Source: Centroscyllium fabricii
Taxonomy: Eukaryota
Reading direction: 5' to 3'
Length of the DNA: 64,000 nt
Assembly (NCBI GenBank): GCA_051313645.2
Contig: JBNRSN020000016.1
Span: forward strand, 3,348,001 to 3,412,000
Positions 1-13,790 of this stretch are shown here, piece after piece; position 1 is the first letter of the stretch, and every line of letters starts with the position of its first letter. The notes beneath the pieces were generated by a model, which was not told the origin of the DNA, searched no databases, and was given only the letters and a program-made list of their open reading frames with translations. Position numbers and translations under genes: made by a program.

Positions 1-318
1 GCTGTGCGCAAATTGGCTGCAGTGTTTTTCCTATATTCGAAGTGACTACGCTTCAGAAGTAATTAATTGGCTGTGCAGTGCTTTGGGACGTCCTGAGTTG
101 ATGAAAAGCGCTGTATAAACGCAGGTTCTTTCTGTGTAATGGACATTGATGTTGAGTAGTTTTGAACTGAGCCTCTTCAGATTGTGGTGCTGATCTGGTG
201 ACATGAAGAGCAACACTTGGGTACGTACTTCTGTTTAGATACAGCTTTGGCAACACTGCAACCGTGCCCATGTATTGCATTATTGAGGTTGATGAGAGTG
301 GGAGCCAAGCGTGCAGCG

Positions 319-1378
319 GAGGATGTAACTGGGAAAATTGATCAGGGAGAACCAGTAGATGTGGTGTACTTGGACTTTCAGAAGGCGTTCGACAAGGTCC
401 CGCACAAGAGATTAGCATATAAAGTTAGGGCACATGGGATTGGGGGCAAGGTATCGACTTGGATTGAGAATTGGTTGGCAGACAGAAAGCAGAGAGTGGG
501 AGTAAATGGGTCTTTTTCCGAGTGGCAGGCAGTGACTAGTGGGGTACTGCAGGGATCGGTCCTGGGACCCCAGCTATTCACAATATACATTAATGATTTA
601 GAAAAGGGAACTAAATGTAATGTCTCCAAGTTTGCAGATGACACAAAGCTGGGAGGGCGTGTGTGCTGCGAGGAGGATACCAGGAAGCTCCAGGATGATT
701 TGGACAGGTTGGGCGAGTGGGCCGAGACATGGCAGATGCAGTATAATGTGGATAAATGCGAGGTTATCCACTTTGGGGGCAAAAACAGAAATGCTGACTA
801 TTATCTGAATGGCGATAGATTGGGAGAAGGGGAAGTACAACGAGACCTGGGTGTCCTGGTGCACCAATCACTGAAGGTGAGCATGCAGGTGCAGCAGGCG
901 GTTAAGAAGGCAAATGGTATGTTGGCCTTCATAGTGAAAGGGTTAGAGTACAGGAACAGGGAGGTCTTGCTGCAGTTGTACAGGGCCTTGGTGAGATCAC
1001 ACCTTGAGTACTGTGTGCAATTTTGGTCTCCTTATCTAAGGAAGGACGTTCTTGCCATGGAGGGAGTGCAGAGAAGATTCACCAGGCTGATACCTGGGAT
1101 GGCAGGATTGACGTATGAGGAGAGACTGAGTAGACTGGGTTTGTACACTCTGGAGTTTATAAGATTGAGAGGGGATCTCATCGAAACGTATAAAATTCTA
1201 ACTGGTCTGGACAAACTTGATGCAGGAAGAATGTTCCCGATGATCGGAGAGTCCAGAACCAGGGGTCATAGTCTAAGGATAAGGGGTAATTCATTTAGGA
1301 CAGAGATGAGGAATTTCTTCACCCAGAGAGTGGTGAACCTGTGGAATTCTCTGCCACAGAGGGCGGTGGAGGCTAGTT
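319..1378 (+). mobile_element. CR1 LINE, 5'-truncated RT fragment (continues at 5805)
   Basis: Motifs VDVVYLDFQKAFDKVPH, GVLQGSVLGP, KFADDTK, HLEYCVQFWSP, FFTQRVVNLWNSLP. Confidence 0.93.
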
Positions 1379-4300
1379 TCGAGTCATAGAGTAATACAGC
1401 ACAGAAAGAGGCCCTTCGGCCCATCGCGTCCATGCCGCCCATCAATCCCAGTCTATACTAGTCCCATTTTCCCGCATTTGGTCCGTAGCCTTGTATGCTG
1501 TGGCATTTCAAGTGCTCATCCAAATGCTTCTTGAATGTTGAGGGTTCCCGCCTCTACCACCCTTTCAGGCAGTGAGTTCCACACTCCAACCACCCTCTGG
1601 GTGAAAAAGTTCTTCCTCACATCCCCACGATACCTCCTGCCCCTTACCCTGAAATTATGCCCCATAGGTATTGACCCCTCAACCAAGGGAAAAAGTTCCA
1701 CTCCCTCCACCCTATTCCCCTCATAATTTTGTATACCTCAATCAGGTCCCCCCTCCGCCTCCTCTGCTCCAAGGAAAACAACCCCAGCCAATCCAGTCTC
1801 TCTTCATAGCTGAAGCTCCCCAGCCCAGGCAGCATCCTGGTGAATCTCCTCTGCACCCTCTCCAAAGCTATGACATCTTTCCTATAGTGTGGCGACCAGA
1901 ACTGCACACAGTACTCCAGCTGTGGTCTTACCAGCGTTTTGTACAGCTCCATCATAACCTCCCTGCTCTTATATTCTATGCCTCGGCTAATGAAGGCAAG
2001 TATCCCATATGCCTTTTTAACCACCTTATCCACCTGTCCTGCTGTCTTCAGGGACCTATGTACCTGCACACCAAGGTCCCTCTGATCCTCTGTCCTCCCT
2101 AGCGTCCTACCATTCATGGTGTATTCCCTTTCCATGTTAGACCTACCGAAATACATCACCTCACACTTTTCAGGATGAAATTCCATTTGCCACTTTTCCG
2201 CCCATCTGACCAACTCATCTATGTCGTCCTGCATGTTGCGGATTTCCTCCTCGCTATTTACCAACCCCCCAACCTTTGTGTCATCTGCAAACTTACTGAT
2301 CATGCCTTTTACATTAATATCTAAATCATTAATATAGACTACCAACAGCAAGGGACCCAACACCGATCCCTGTGGTACCCCACTGGACACAGGCTTCCAG
2401 TCACAAAAACAACCTTCGACCATCACCCTCTGCCTCCTGTTAATAAGCCAGTTTTGGATCCACTGTGCCAAGGTGCCCTGGATCCCATGGGCTCTTACCT
2501 TCTTGACCAGTCTCCTATGCGGGACCTTATCAAAAGCCTTACTGAAATCCATGTATACCACATCCACTGCACTACCCTCATCCACACACCTGGTCACCCC
2601 TTCAAAAAATTCAATCAAATTAGTCAGACATGATCTTCCTTTGACAAAGCCATGCTGACTATCCTTAATTAATCCTTGCCTCTCCAAGTGGAGACTAATT
2701 CTGTCCCTCAGGATTTTTTCTAGTAATTTCCCCACCACTGATGTCAGGCTCACCGGCCTGTAATTCCCTGGTTTATCCCTACTACCTTTCTTGAGTAATG
2801 GCACTACATTGGCCATTCTCCAGTCCTCCGGCACATCCCCTGTGGCCAGAGAGGTTCTGAAAATTTGTGTCACAGCCCCTGCAATCTCTTCCTTAGCCTC
2901 ACCCAGCAGCCTGGGATACATCTCGTCAGGGCTGGAGACTTATCCACTTTTAAGCCTGCTAAAACCGCTTGTACCTCCTCCCTGTCAATAATAATATGAT
3001 CAAGTGTATCGCATTCCTCCTGTCTTCTCCACAGTGAACACAGATGCAAAAAATTCATTCAAAACCCCACCCACATCCTCTGGCTCCACACACAGATTCC
3101 CACTTTGGTCCCTAATGGGCCCCACCCTTTCCCTCGTTATCCTCTTGCCCTTAATATACTTATAAAACATCTTAGGATTTTATTTTATTTTGCCCGCCAG
3201 GGTTATCACATGGCCCCTCCTCGCTCTCCTAATTTCTTTTTTAAGTACCCCCCTGCACCTTCCATACTCCTCTGGAGCCTCCTCTGTCTTTAGTCCTTTA
3301 TGTCTGCCGAAAGCCCCCTTTTTTCCCGATCAATTCCCGTATCTCCCTTGACCTCCAAGGTTCCCTGGGCTTATTGATCCCACCCTTGACCTTTAGGGGA
3401 ACATGTTTCCCTTGTACTTTCTCAATTTCCTTTCTGAATGCCTCCCATTGTTCTGATGTGGACTTTCCTTCGAGAGCTGGTCCCAGTCCACTTGGGCCAG
3501 CTCCTGCCTTATCATATTAAAATCGGCCTTGCCCCAATTTAGAACCTTTATTTCTGGTCCATCGTTGTCCTTTTCCATTACTACCTTAAATATTACCGAA
3601 TTATGCTCACTGTCCCCAAAGTGCTCTGCTACTGACACTTCTTCCACTTGCCCGTCCTCATTTCCCAGAATTAAGTCGAATACCGCCCCCTCCCTTGTAG
3701 GACTTCCTACATACTGGCTCAAAAAGCTCTCCTGGATGCACTTTAAGAATTCTGCACCCTCTAAGCCCTTCACACTTTGGCTATCCCAGTCAATATTGGG
3801 AAAGTTGAAATCCCCTACTATTACTATCCTATTATTTCCACACTTCTCCGAGATTTGCCTGCAAATCTGTTCCTCTATTTCCCTCTGACTGTTTGGGGGT
3901 CTATAGTATACTCCCAGTAATGTGCTTGCCCCCTTCTTATTTTTAAGTTCCACCCAAATAGCCTCATTAGAGGACCCTGCCAATATATCATCCCTTCTTA
4001 CAGCAGTGATTGATTCCTTAATTAATATCACAACACCCCCTCCTCTTTTCCCCCCCTCCCTGTCTTGCCTGAAGATTCTATACCCCGGAATATTGAGCTT
4101 CCAGTCCTGCCCCTCCCTCAACCATGTCTCTGTAATGGCAACAATATCATATTCCCATGTGTTTAACAATACCTTCAATTCATCCCCCTTATTCGCCAGA
4201 CTCCTTGCATTAAAATAAATGCCATTTAACCTTGCCCTACCCCCTTGTGCTGAGACATATTTGTTCTGCCTTCCAAGCTGACTTATTTTTTCCTCTATAT

Positions 4301-5804
4301 TTGTCTGCACATCACCCCCTATTTTTGCTCCCCTCTGTATCCCATCCCCCTGCCAAGTTAGTTTAAACCCTCCCCAACAGTGCTAGCAAACCTCCCCGCA
4401 AGGATATTGGTCCCGTTCTGGTTAAGGTTGAGACCGTCCGACTTGTACAAGTCCCACCTTCCCCAGAAGCGGTCCCAATGATCCAGGAAACTAAAGCCCT
4501 CCCTCCTACACCAACTCTTCAGCCACGCATTAAGCTGCTCTATCCTTCTATTCCTATACTCACTAGCTCGTGGCACAGGGAGTAATCCAGAGATTACAAC
4601 CTTTGAGGTCCCGCTCCTTAATCGTGTACCTAGCTCCCTGAATTCCTGCTGCAGGACCTCATCCCCCTTTTTACCTATGTCGTTGGTCCCAATGTGAACC
4701 ACGACCTCTGTCTGGTTGCCCTCCCCCTTCAGGATGCCCTGCAGCCATTCAGTGACATCCTTGACCCTGGCCCCAGGGAGGCAACAAACCATCCTGGAGT
4801 CACGTCTATGGCCACAGAAATGCCTATCTGTTCCCCTTGCAATAGAGTCCCCTACCACTATTGCTCTCCCACTCCTTTTCCTCCCATGCTGAACAGCAGA
4901 AACACCCCCGGTGCCAGGAAGTTGGCTGCTGCTGTCTTCCCCTGGAAAGTCATCCCCCCCACCCCCCCAACAGTATCCAAAACGGTATACTTGTTTGCGA
5001 GGGGGATGCCCACAGGGGTCCCCTGCTCTACCTACCTACTTCTACCATTCCTCCTGATGGTCACCCATTTCCCTTCTGCCTGTACACCCGTAGCCTGCGG
5101 TGTGACCAGCTCACTATGCGTGCTGTCCACGAGCCTCTCCGCATCGCAAATGCTCCAAAACTCATCCACCCTCAGCTCCAGCGTCTCAATGCGGCTTGTC
5201 AGGTGCTGAAGGTGGATGCATTTCCCACACACATGTTCGTCAGGGACATCAGCAGCGTCCTTGACTTCCCACATGCAGCAGGAGGAGCAGATCACGGGTC
5301 TGAGCTCACCTGACATGACTTCCCCTTGTATTAATTTACACTAATTCAAACCACCAATTAAACAGTAGGGCGCTTGTACGGCAAAAGTCCCCGCTAAACC
5401 ACAGAGATCCCAGACAATATAAGCCTCCCAAATCAAATCACTCCCACCAATTTGCACTCTAGTTAGTGATCTATTTAGAGACCCGAGGGGCAAAAAAACC
5501 AACAGAAATTGAAGTTCTTCAAAAGAGAGAATTACCACCAAATTTCTTATTTGTTTATTTCTCTCCTTCTGCTGCTACCCTTTAATTACTTGAAAATTTT
5601 AAATTTAATTCAGTCACCCCGACAATACAGTTAAGGTTTTTTAAGTTTGAAAGAGAGAAATACTCACCAGCCAATCACTTACCTGCTTTCTGGTGACGTC
5701 ACCCTTTGATTATTTTTTACCTCCCTACCTGCCGCTGAATGAGTACGCCCCTCGCTGCTGCCTCAGCTCCTTTTAAAGCCGCTGCTCCCGCCTCTGGTCT
5801 CGGC
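1379..5804 (-). mobile_element. Near full-length CR1 LINE (ORF1 zinc finger + SGNH esterase; ORF2 APE endonuclease + RT), frameshifted
   Basis: 5032-5316 has CSSC..CGKC plus a coiled-coil-like stretch. 4358-4858 has VGDS..HIGTND..DGL (esterase). 3393-4310 has YFNARS, ETW, GDFN (APE). 1644-2921 is RT. The ctctatgactc tail is at ~1381. Confidence 0.93.
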
Positions 5805-5980
5805 TCATTGAATATATTCAAGAAGGAGCTGGATGTATTTCTTAAGGCTAAAGCGATCAAGGGATGTGGGGCGAGGGCCGGGACAGGGTACTGAGTTTGG
5901 ATGATCAGCCATGATCTCATTAAATGGCGGAGCAGGCTCGAGGGGCCGAATGGCCTACTCCTATCTCTTTGCTTCTATGA
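5805..5980 (+). mobile_element. 3' end of the CR1 interrupted at 1378
   Basis: ggctagt|tcattgaatatattcaag rejoins as continuous CR1 sequence and ends in a ...cttctatg tail. Confidence 0.8.
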
Positions 5981-6377
5981 ATAGCTGTCGGCCGTGATAT
6001 GGGAAAGAGTAGTGGAGTGGGACTAACTGGATTGCTCTTTGCAAGAGCTGGCGCAGACTTGATGGGCCACATGGCGGCCTCCTGTGCAATACTATTCTGT
6101 GATTCTATCTTGGTTTAATTTATAAGCACCACCTGCTGCCTGCCTTCTGAACAGTGGAATGGTTTAAACTAAGTTCCTGCTTGAAAGTACTGTCGAGTTT
6201 CAATCCTCACGCTTGCTCTTCTTCCCCGTCCCTCCCCAACAGAAGACATTCACCAGTTGTTGGTACGATTTACCAACCCTGCTTTAGAAATTCAATCTGC
6301 ATAACTTGCAACTATAGTTTGTTGTTTTTACACAGTACTCTGGCGCTGTTAATATTTCACCCCATCCCTAGGAACTG

Positions 6378-6605
6378 AGTGGTTTGCTGGAGTCACATAT
6401 AGGCCCAGACCGGGTGAGGACGGCAGGTTTCTTCCCCTGAAGGACATCAGTGAACCCGTTGGGTTTTAACCACAATCCGACAACTTTATGGTCACTTTTA
6501 CTGATAGCAGCTTTTTAATTTCCAGATTTTTCGAGCCTGGTGTTCTCTATTGTTGCTTCAGTCCTCTGGATTACTAGTCCAGTACCTGACATAACTGCTA
6601 CCCTA
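6378..6605 (-). mobile_element. tRNA-derived SINE fragment
   Basis: The reverse complement starts with a tRNA-like head (ctggactagtaatccagagg), followed by a body I recognise as a common shark repeat. Confidence 0.45.
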
Positions 6606-7052
6606 CTGCACCCTGCAATGCACATTTTAAATACTGTACAGGGATTTTGAGTTTACTCCCTTTTCCCCCTTCCTCTCCTGCAAGTGCTGGGGCACATTTC
6701 CACGGGGTCTGCACCTCTGTTCAAGTAGCCGCTAGTTATGCGAGAGCCTGTGTTTAACTTTGGGGCATCACTGCAGTGCTCGCTATCGTCTTCCCCAGTG
6801 TTCAGTTGTGTCCCACTTCCAGCGGGGATAACAGTCAGCAGTGGGCACTCACTGACTTCATCCCCAGCTGCACTGGGGACTGCAGTATAAGCACAGTCTT
6901 TCGTACAGTCAGAACATATTTTTGACAAGATCAATTAACACTTTGTACAGAATCTAAGCAGATTTATCCAAGGGTTAATTTGTTTTAACTTGGTGCTGTA
7001 AATGCTGCGAGAAGCTCTATTGTAATGGAAGTGCCGGTGTCTTGTCTTGCAG

Positions 7053-7216
7053 TTCGTTCGTTCGGAACTGAGGATCGGCCTACGGACAGACCAATCCCAC
7101 CGCGTGATGAAGTATTTGAGTACATCATATTCCGAGGCAGTGATATCAAAGATCTCACTGTGTGTGAGCCTCCGAAGCCTCAGTGTTCTCTGCCTCAGGA
7201 TCCTGCTATTGTTCAG
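7053..7216 (+). CDS. LSM14A: LSM14A exon 2 (C-terminal half of Lsm domain)
   Basis: Acceptor ttgcAG and donor GTgagt; 164 bp. Translates (V)[54 protein letters not shown], the vertebrate LSM14A Lsm domain as I recall it. Confidence 0.96.
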
Positions 7217-7832
7217 GTGAGTTAATGTGGCTTGTCGGGTCAGGACAGCTGCTGTATTGCTATAGTCAGTGAGCTCTGGTGAGGGTTACTATTGTCCGGG
7301 GCTACTGTTCCTGATGGCTGTGTAGTTGATCCCACTGGGAAGTGTGCGGTCATCAGCTGACGACAGGATTGGGTTTGGCTGCGACGCCTGGCTTGGGCAA
7401 ATAAGCCTGCCAACACCCACTGTTTGCACTCTCATATGAGAAATGGCCACGGAGGGCGTCTAATTCTTGTGAAGTGTACCTCCGCAAGGAGTCAGTGGCT
7501 TCAGGATAAGGGTGGAGGATGGTTGAAAATGGTAGCCCTCTTCGATCTTGAGGGGAGAGTCTGGGCAGCGAGTGATGGCAGCCTATTCAGTCACTGGGTG
7601 CCTCACGGCCAAGTCCTTGCCAATCCTTGCTTTGCAGTCACCACGGGACACTTGGCCCGCACCATCGTGCGGAGCAAGCAACCTACTGCAACTCGATCTC
7701 TGCACCACATTTTAGATCGGAATCCAAGCGAAATCTGGATTGCTTGGCCATTTATTTAAGCAATATGAAAATTGCACTTGTGTACTTCTAGTATGTGTTG
7801 CTGGATAGCGATGGCTAAATCAGTTACTCTTC

Positions 7833-9310
7833 ATCATAGAATCATAGAAACGTACGGCACAGAAGGAGTCCATTCGGCCCATCGTGTCTGTGCCGGCCGA
7901 CAAAGCTCTCTGCCCTAATCCCACTTTCCAGCTCTTGGTCTGTAGCCCTGTAGGTTTCAGCTCTTCAAGCGCATATCCAAGTACTTTTTGAATGTGAGGA
8001 GGGTTCCTGCCTCTACCACCCTTTCAGGCAGTGAGTTCCAGACCCCATCACCCTCTGGGTGAAAACATTTCTCTTCAAATCCCCTCTACTCCTTCCACTA
8101 ATTGCTTTAAATCTCTCCCCTGGTTATTGACCTCGCTGCTAAGGGAAATAGCTCCTTCCTGTCCACTCTATCTCGGCCCCATATCATTTTATACACCTTA
8201 ATTAAATCTCCCCTCGGCCTCCTCTGTTCCAAAGAAAATAACCCCAGCCTCTCCAATCTTTCCTCATAGTTAAAATTCCCCAATAGAAACATAGAAACAT
8301 AGAAGATAGGAGCAGGAGTAGGCCATTCGGCCCTTCAAGCCTGCTCCGCCATTCAATGAGATCATGGCTGATCATCCAAACCCAGTAGACCGCCCCTGCC
8401 CTCTCCCCATATCCCTCAATCCCTATCGAGCCTACACCGACACATATCCCATCCTATCCCCGTAACCCCACATATTTAATCCCCCTAACACTAAGGGTCA
8501 ATTTATCATGGCCAATCAACCTAACCTGCACATCTTTGGACTGTGGGAGGAAACCGGAGCACCCGGAGGAAACCCACGCAGACACGGGGAGAATGTGCAA
8601 ATTCCACAGATAGTACCCGAGGCCGGATTTGAACCCGGGTCTCCAGTGCTGTGAGGCAACAGTGCTAACCACTGTGCCAATCCTGGCAACATCCTTGTAA
8701 ATCTCCTTTGCACCCTCTCTAGTGCAATCACATCTTTCCTGTAATGTGGTGACTAGAACTGCACGCAGTATTCTAGCTGAGGCCTAACTAGTGTTTTATA
8801 CAGTTGAAGCATAACCTCCCTGCTCTTATATTCTATGCCTAGGCTAATAAAGGCAAGCAATCCGTATGTCTTCTTAACCACCTTATCTACCTGGCCTGCT
8901 ACCTTCAGGGATCTGTGGACATGCACTCCAAGGTCCCTTTGTTCCTCTACACTACTCAGTGTCCTACAATTTATACTGTATTCCTTTTCCTCCCAAATGC
9001 ATTACCTCACACTTCTCCAGATTGAATTCCATTTGCCCACCTGACCAGTCCATTGATATCTTCCTGCAGTCTGCAGCTTTCTTCTTCATTATCAACCACA
9101 CTGCCAATTTTTGCATCATCTGCAAATTTCATACATTCACATCCAAATTATTGATATATACCACAAAAAGCAGAGGACCCAGTACTGAGCCCTGCGGAAC
9201 CCCACTGGAAACCGCCTTCCGGTCACAAAAACACCCTTCGACCTTTACCCTTTGTTTCCTGCCTCGGAGCCAATTTTGGATGCAAGTTGCCACTTCTCCA
9301 CGTGCCCCCT
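7833..9310 (-). mobile_element. Degenerate CR1 3' fragment, interrupted by a SINE at 8285-8677
   Basis: RT remnants (SGVPQGSVLGPLLF; ERVQRRFTRMLPGL) and a gattctatgattctatg-type tail at 7833-7850. Confidence 0.85.
8285..8677 (-). mobile_element. V-domain (HE1-like) SINE with CR1-derived tail
   Basis: tRNA-like A/B boxes, V-core (gtctgcgtgggtttcctccgggtgctccggtttcctcccaca) and (tttctatg)n tail. It splits the CR1 with a short CAAT duplication. Confidence 0.85.
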
Positions 9311-11644
9311 CCTCCCAGGTAACTCTGGAACCCAAGTGAAATTGGAGTGCCCTTACCTCTACCCTCGCCACAGACCAGGAATTGACTCCGAGACTGCCTT
9401 ACCTTGGTGGTTAATCTGCTCACTGGATAGAGGCTATTTCGCACATGGGTCACTTAAAAAGAAAGGAAAGCCTTGTTGAGAGATTTTCAGGCTGTCGGTC
9501 AGCTGGTGACAGTTTGTGTGGCTATGATGACCATAATATGCCATTTAAAAAAAATTTTAAAACCTGAAGAAGCTCCTTTGATGGCACAAGGACCAAATTT
9601 ATGTTGAGACCTGCCGCTTAACGGAATAGTCGTCAGTGAAAGCCCTGTTGTGTTTGAGGTCTGTATTGGTTATTTGGGGTTACAGTTCAGTGCATGATTT
9701 GAGGGGTGCAGGGGTTTGGGCAAGTGTATGATTTACCACGTGTGGAGGTGGGCAAAGAACACTTGTCATCACCGTGCAACCTGGGATACTTGAGGCCAGA
9801 TATACCATCTACTGTGGCTCTCCCCCCCCCCCCCCCCCCCCCGGGCTCAGGGCAGCACAGGCCGGAGATTGAATCTGGGTCCCTCCTGGTCTCTTAGGCT
9901 CCATTTCCCAGTGGGGACCATAATGTGGAGCTGTTATTTTTAAGTTCCACCTGTCTCTCTTGTGATGTGAAATGTTGGGTTTGCAGGTCAGGAGCTGCAC
10001 CAGCATCAGCTCCAGGCACCATGGAGTGCAGCAGCAGCACTGCAGGATTCTGACGCGATTTGGCAGCACAGATCTTTGCGTCTTCATTGCCTTAAATTTA
10101 ATGAATTTCTTAAATCTGTTGGCAACAATTAAATTTGCGGCCTTCCTATTTATTCCTGCGATTAATATCGTTAAATGTAGTGGAAGAAACAAAACCTGGA
10201 AACACCCATCAGATCTGAAGGGGGAAGACCTGTTTTATTTCAGCAGAGTGCTCAGTGTCAGGATTTGTTCCCCTCTTAACTTAGATGCTGTTGAATTCTT
10301 AAGTGGCTAGGTTTTGTTTCAAGTGGGGCTGCTGCACCTTTATTGCAATTTACATTATTCTCAACTCCCATTGATGAATCTCACCTTCGTCGTGGGCTGC
10401 TCCTCGGATTGTTTGCAACCTGAAGTTGGAGCCAGTCCAGGCGAAAGGGATGACAAGTCTCTTCTCTAAAGGTCACTGATTTATGGTTTGCACAGGAAAA
10501 TGGTTCGAATTCCAGAATATGATCCCCAAAACACTGGTTTAAAAAATCCTGGAATCTCTAACGAAAATTGAATAAATTAAAAAGTGCAATCACTAACACA
10601 ATGGCCCCGCCTGTAGTTTGTGGGAACGGGAGGTTTGGGACAAGACGTGGTTTTTGTTTGTCATCTTGCGCGAATGTGAGCTCTCTCTCTGGGCCGCTCT
10701 CTCTCTCTCTCTCTCAGCCGCNNNNNNNNNNNNNNNNNNNNNNNNNNNNNNNNNNNNNNNNNNNNNNNNNNNNNNNNNNNNNNNNNNNNNNNNNNNNNNN
10801 NNNNNNNNNNNNNNNNNNNNNNNNNNNNNNNNNNNNNNNNNNNNNNNNNNNNNNNNNNNNNNNNNNNNNNNNNNNNNNNNNAGGCACTCTGGCTCGGATG
10901 CTCTCTAGTATCAGGATTTGTTCCCCTCTTAACTTAGATTCTGTTGAATTCTTAAGTGGCTAGTTTTTGTTTCAAGTGAGGCTGTTGTCGGCCTGCCTCT
11001 CTCTCTCTCTCTCTCTCGGCCGTGCCCGCTCTCGCGGCCCCCTCTCGGCTGCCCCTGCTTTGCTTTTATTACTATTGGCTATTTGCTCCAACCACTCCAT
11101 GTGGCAGCACAGCAAGATCCGTTTTCTGGATAAAGTAGTTTCTCCTGAATTCCTTAACTGAACTATGAGTACCTATCTTGTATTTATGACCAGTGTTCCC
11201 TGTAACATGTGTGGTTGCGCAGGAATCCTGCGCAACTGGTTTGCTGGCTTTTCAATGCAAAACCAGCGCCATGTGTTATTTTGAATGGCCCGCGTGGCCC
11301 CAGGAAACATTGTTTATGACCCCTAGTTTTAGGCTCCTCCTCCTCCTCCTCTTTCTCTCCCCCCCCCCCCCCCCCCCCCCCACACACAATATCAAACCCC
11401 TTCTTAATTTTAGAAGTCGCTATTATGTTGTCCCTCAGCCTTCTCTTTTCGGGAAACATCCCTGTAACTTAAGTGGTGAAAACTTGAGTGGTGACTGACC
11501 TTGGCTGGGGCTGTGACAGGTGTAAACTCGGCCATGAAATGACAATGTCGAGGATGAGGCGGGTGGAGCTTACAAGCTGCAGAATGATCCCTCAGCACTG
11601 TACGTCTGTAATGTCCCCAACTTACTACTTCTTTGTCTCCACAG

Positions 11645-11777
11645 TCTTCACTTGGCTCGTCCTCGAGCTCTTCTTTCCAATCCGTGGGTTCCTATCCACC
11701 ATTCAGCAGAATGCCAGCGTACAGCCAGTTTGGGCCAAGCCCGCTCGTGCCGCAGCAGTACAACGCTGTGGGTGTCG
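11645..11777 (+). CDS. LSM14A: LSM14A exon 3
   Basis: Acceptor ccacAG and donor GTaagt; 133 bp, phase 0->1. [44 protein letters not shown] resembles human [28 protein letters not shown]. Confidence 0.92.
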
Positions 11778-12989
11778 GTAAGTTTTTGATTTTTTTTTTT
11801 GCACCACATTAGTAAGTGAAAGGTCGAGTACAAATTAGAATTGATTGTGTCCAGAGTCACTGCTTTCTTAATGCAGCCGTTCCTTAATGCTGCACTGGTC
11901 TGTGCCACCATCCCTCAGATGAGGCGTTAAACCCTCGGCCCCGTATCCCTGCTCGAATGGACCTAAAATATCCCGCAGCGCTATTTGAAGAGCAGAGGCG
12001 TTCTCCCCGGTGTTCCAGCTGACCGTTGCCTCTCGATCAACACCATAGAAAACAGATTAACTGATCACACCACTTGTGGGATCTTGCTGTGTGCGGATTG
12101 ACTGTTGAGTTGATCTGCAAAATATTCGTGATCCCACTTCATCGGCTTTGAAACGCTTTCAGGCTCCCCGAGGATGTGAAAGGTGCTATATAAATGTCAG
12201 CTCGTACATTCTTCCTGGCAGCGTCGTGAATGAACGAGTCCCAGGTTTTGTCTGGTTAAATTTTGCTTTGGCTTTGTTTATCTCACCATGATGAAGGAAC
12301 TGGTTGCAGTTGTCCAGCTGACCGTGGCGGGCCCATTTCTACGCTTGAGAAGATTTGAGAAGTTGTGCAGTAAGTTTAGACAGGATATATTGGGAGGTGT
12401 TGAGTGTAGGTTTGGTTGAGTGTGTCGACTGGTTTCTGTGTCATCTTTGAAGATTTGTTGTGTTCCATTACGATTGGAAACCAAATGTTTTGTTCAAGCA
12501 GATTAGATTAAGTACTGTAGTATTCATTTATTAATTTGCAGCCTCCACAAAGCAACTGGAATAAAGGCCAGGGTCACTAAGGGCGGTATATGTTTTTACG
12601 GCGCGATGCCACTTCTGTAATGCATATGAAGCAGGGCCATCCAGAAAACATTCAGGATTTCCAGCGAGAAACCCCAAGCTTCAATGTTTATGGGTGCTCA
12701 TTTTTGAACGAGTGTGAAATAGCCTCACTGCCGCTTGCTATTGATATTGTCCAGAGATACTTGAGCCCTTGGCCTCTGTTGAAGACTTCAGCAGGAGAAT
12801 GATCTGAGTTTGCTGCCGCAGCATTGAATGAGATGCTCTTTGTGTTCAGGAACCTGCACCAACACTCGCTCGCTCGCTGGCTGGCTTCCTGAAGTGTTTT
12901 CCCAGGTTCGCTCGCTCGCTCGCTTCCTGAAGTGTTTTCCCAGTGTTGTCCTAACTGCAAATAACCAAACCTTGCCTGGGATTTGAGAT

Positions 12990-13790
12990 CTTCTTCTTCT
13001 TCGTGTCCATATACAAAGCTATTCAGCTTATATAACGTCCAACCAGTGCTTGGTACATTGCTGTCCCTTGATGTTGTAGAGTGCTAGGTCCTTTGCTGTG
13101 CAGGGTCCACCTAACAGAGGACATCGAAGGAGGTGCTCCATGGTCTGGGGTTCTGTGCCACAGTCACATGTGGTTGGGCCACTAAGATAACCCCATCTGC
13201 TTAGGGCTTCCCTGGAACGGCCAACACCTGAGCGGAGTCGGTTCAAACACTTCCATTTTGCCCAGTTGTTATCTCCTGGTGGGAGGGTTTCGGCAGGGGG
13301 GATGAGCATAGTCGAGCTGTGTGGGTGTTTGGACAGCTTTTCCTTCCACATTTTAAGGCGGGCTTCAGATGGTGTTGTCTCCAGTGGAGCAGTGCTGGTC
13401 AGGAAACTTCTCCGTGATTTTAGTCGGCTGGGGGCAGGTACATGGCCATGTAGGGGGTGCCTCTCATCTGTGGTTTGCCTGCGCCGCTCTGTCCTGCTGG
13501 CTACCGCTCTTCTGATGTCTGGAGGGGCGATACCTGCCAGGATGTACAGGTCGTTGGTGTTAGTGGGCTTCAGGCACCCAGTGATACATCTGCAGCTCTC
13601 GTTAAGAGCGGGGTCCAGTTTTTTAGCATGGGTGGATCTTTCCCACGCTGGGCTGGCATATTCTGCAGTAGAGAAGCTGAGGGCAAGGGCTGTGGCACGT
13701 AGTGTCTTGGGACATGCACCCCATCTGGTGTTGGCGAGTTTGCGCAGGATGTTGTTGCGGGTGCTCACTTTTGCCTTTGTCTTCATGATG
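12990..13790 (-). mobile_element. 5'-truncated Ingi/Vingi-like non-LTR retrotransposon with 13-bp TSD
   Basis: Open ORF 13028-13786 with WGA..LR..ALAL..S.AEY, ITGCL..LAGIAPP and a C-terminal CDCG..QTMEHLLRC. (GAA)n tail. TGGGATTTGAGAT occurs at both 12977-12989 and 13791-13803. Confidence 0.8.

Noticed and set aside
217-318. N-terminal part of the 390-aa ORF, or a possible LSM14A exon 1
   Set aside because: CR1 homology begins only at ~319 and no MSGGTPYIGSKISL-like sequence is present; exon 1 is outside the window.
7325-7520. Dispersed motif gacaggattgggtttggctg (also ~14820 on the minus strand and ~37912)
   Set aside because: Probably an old SINE family, but too degraded to delimit or name.
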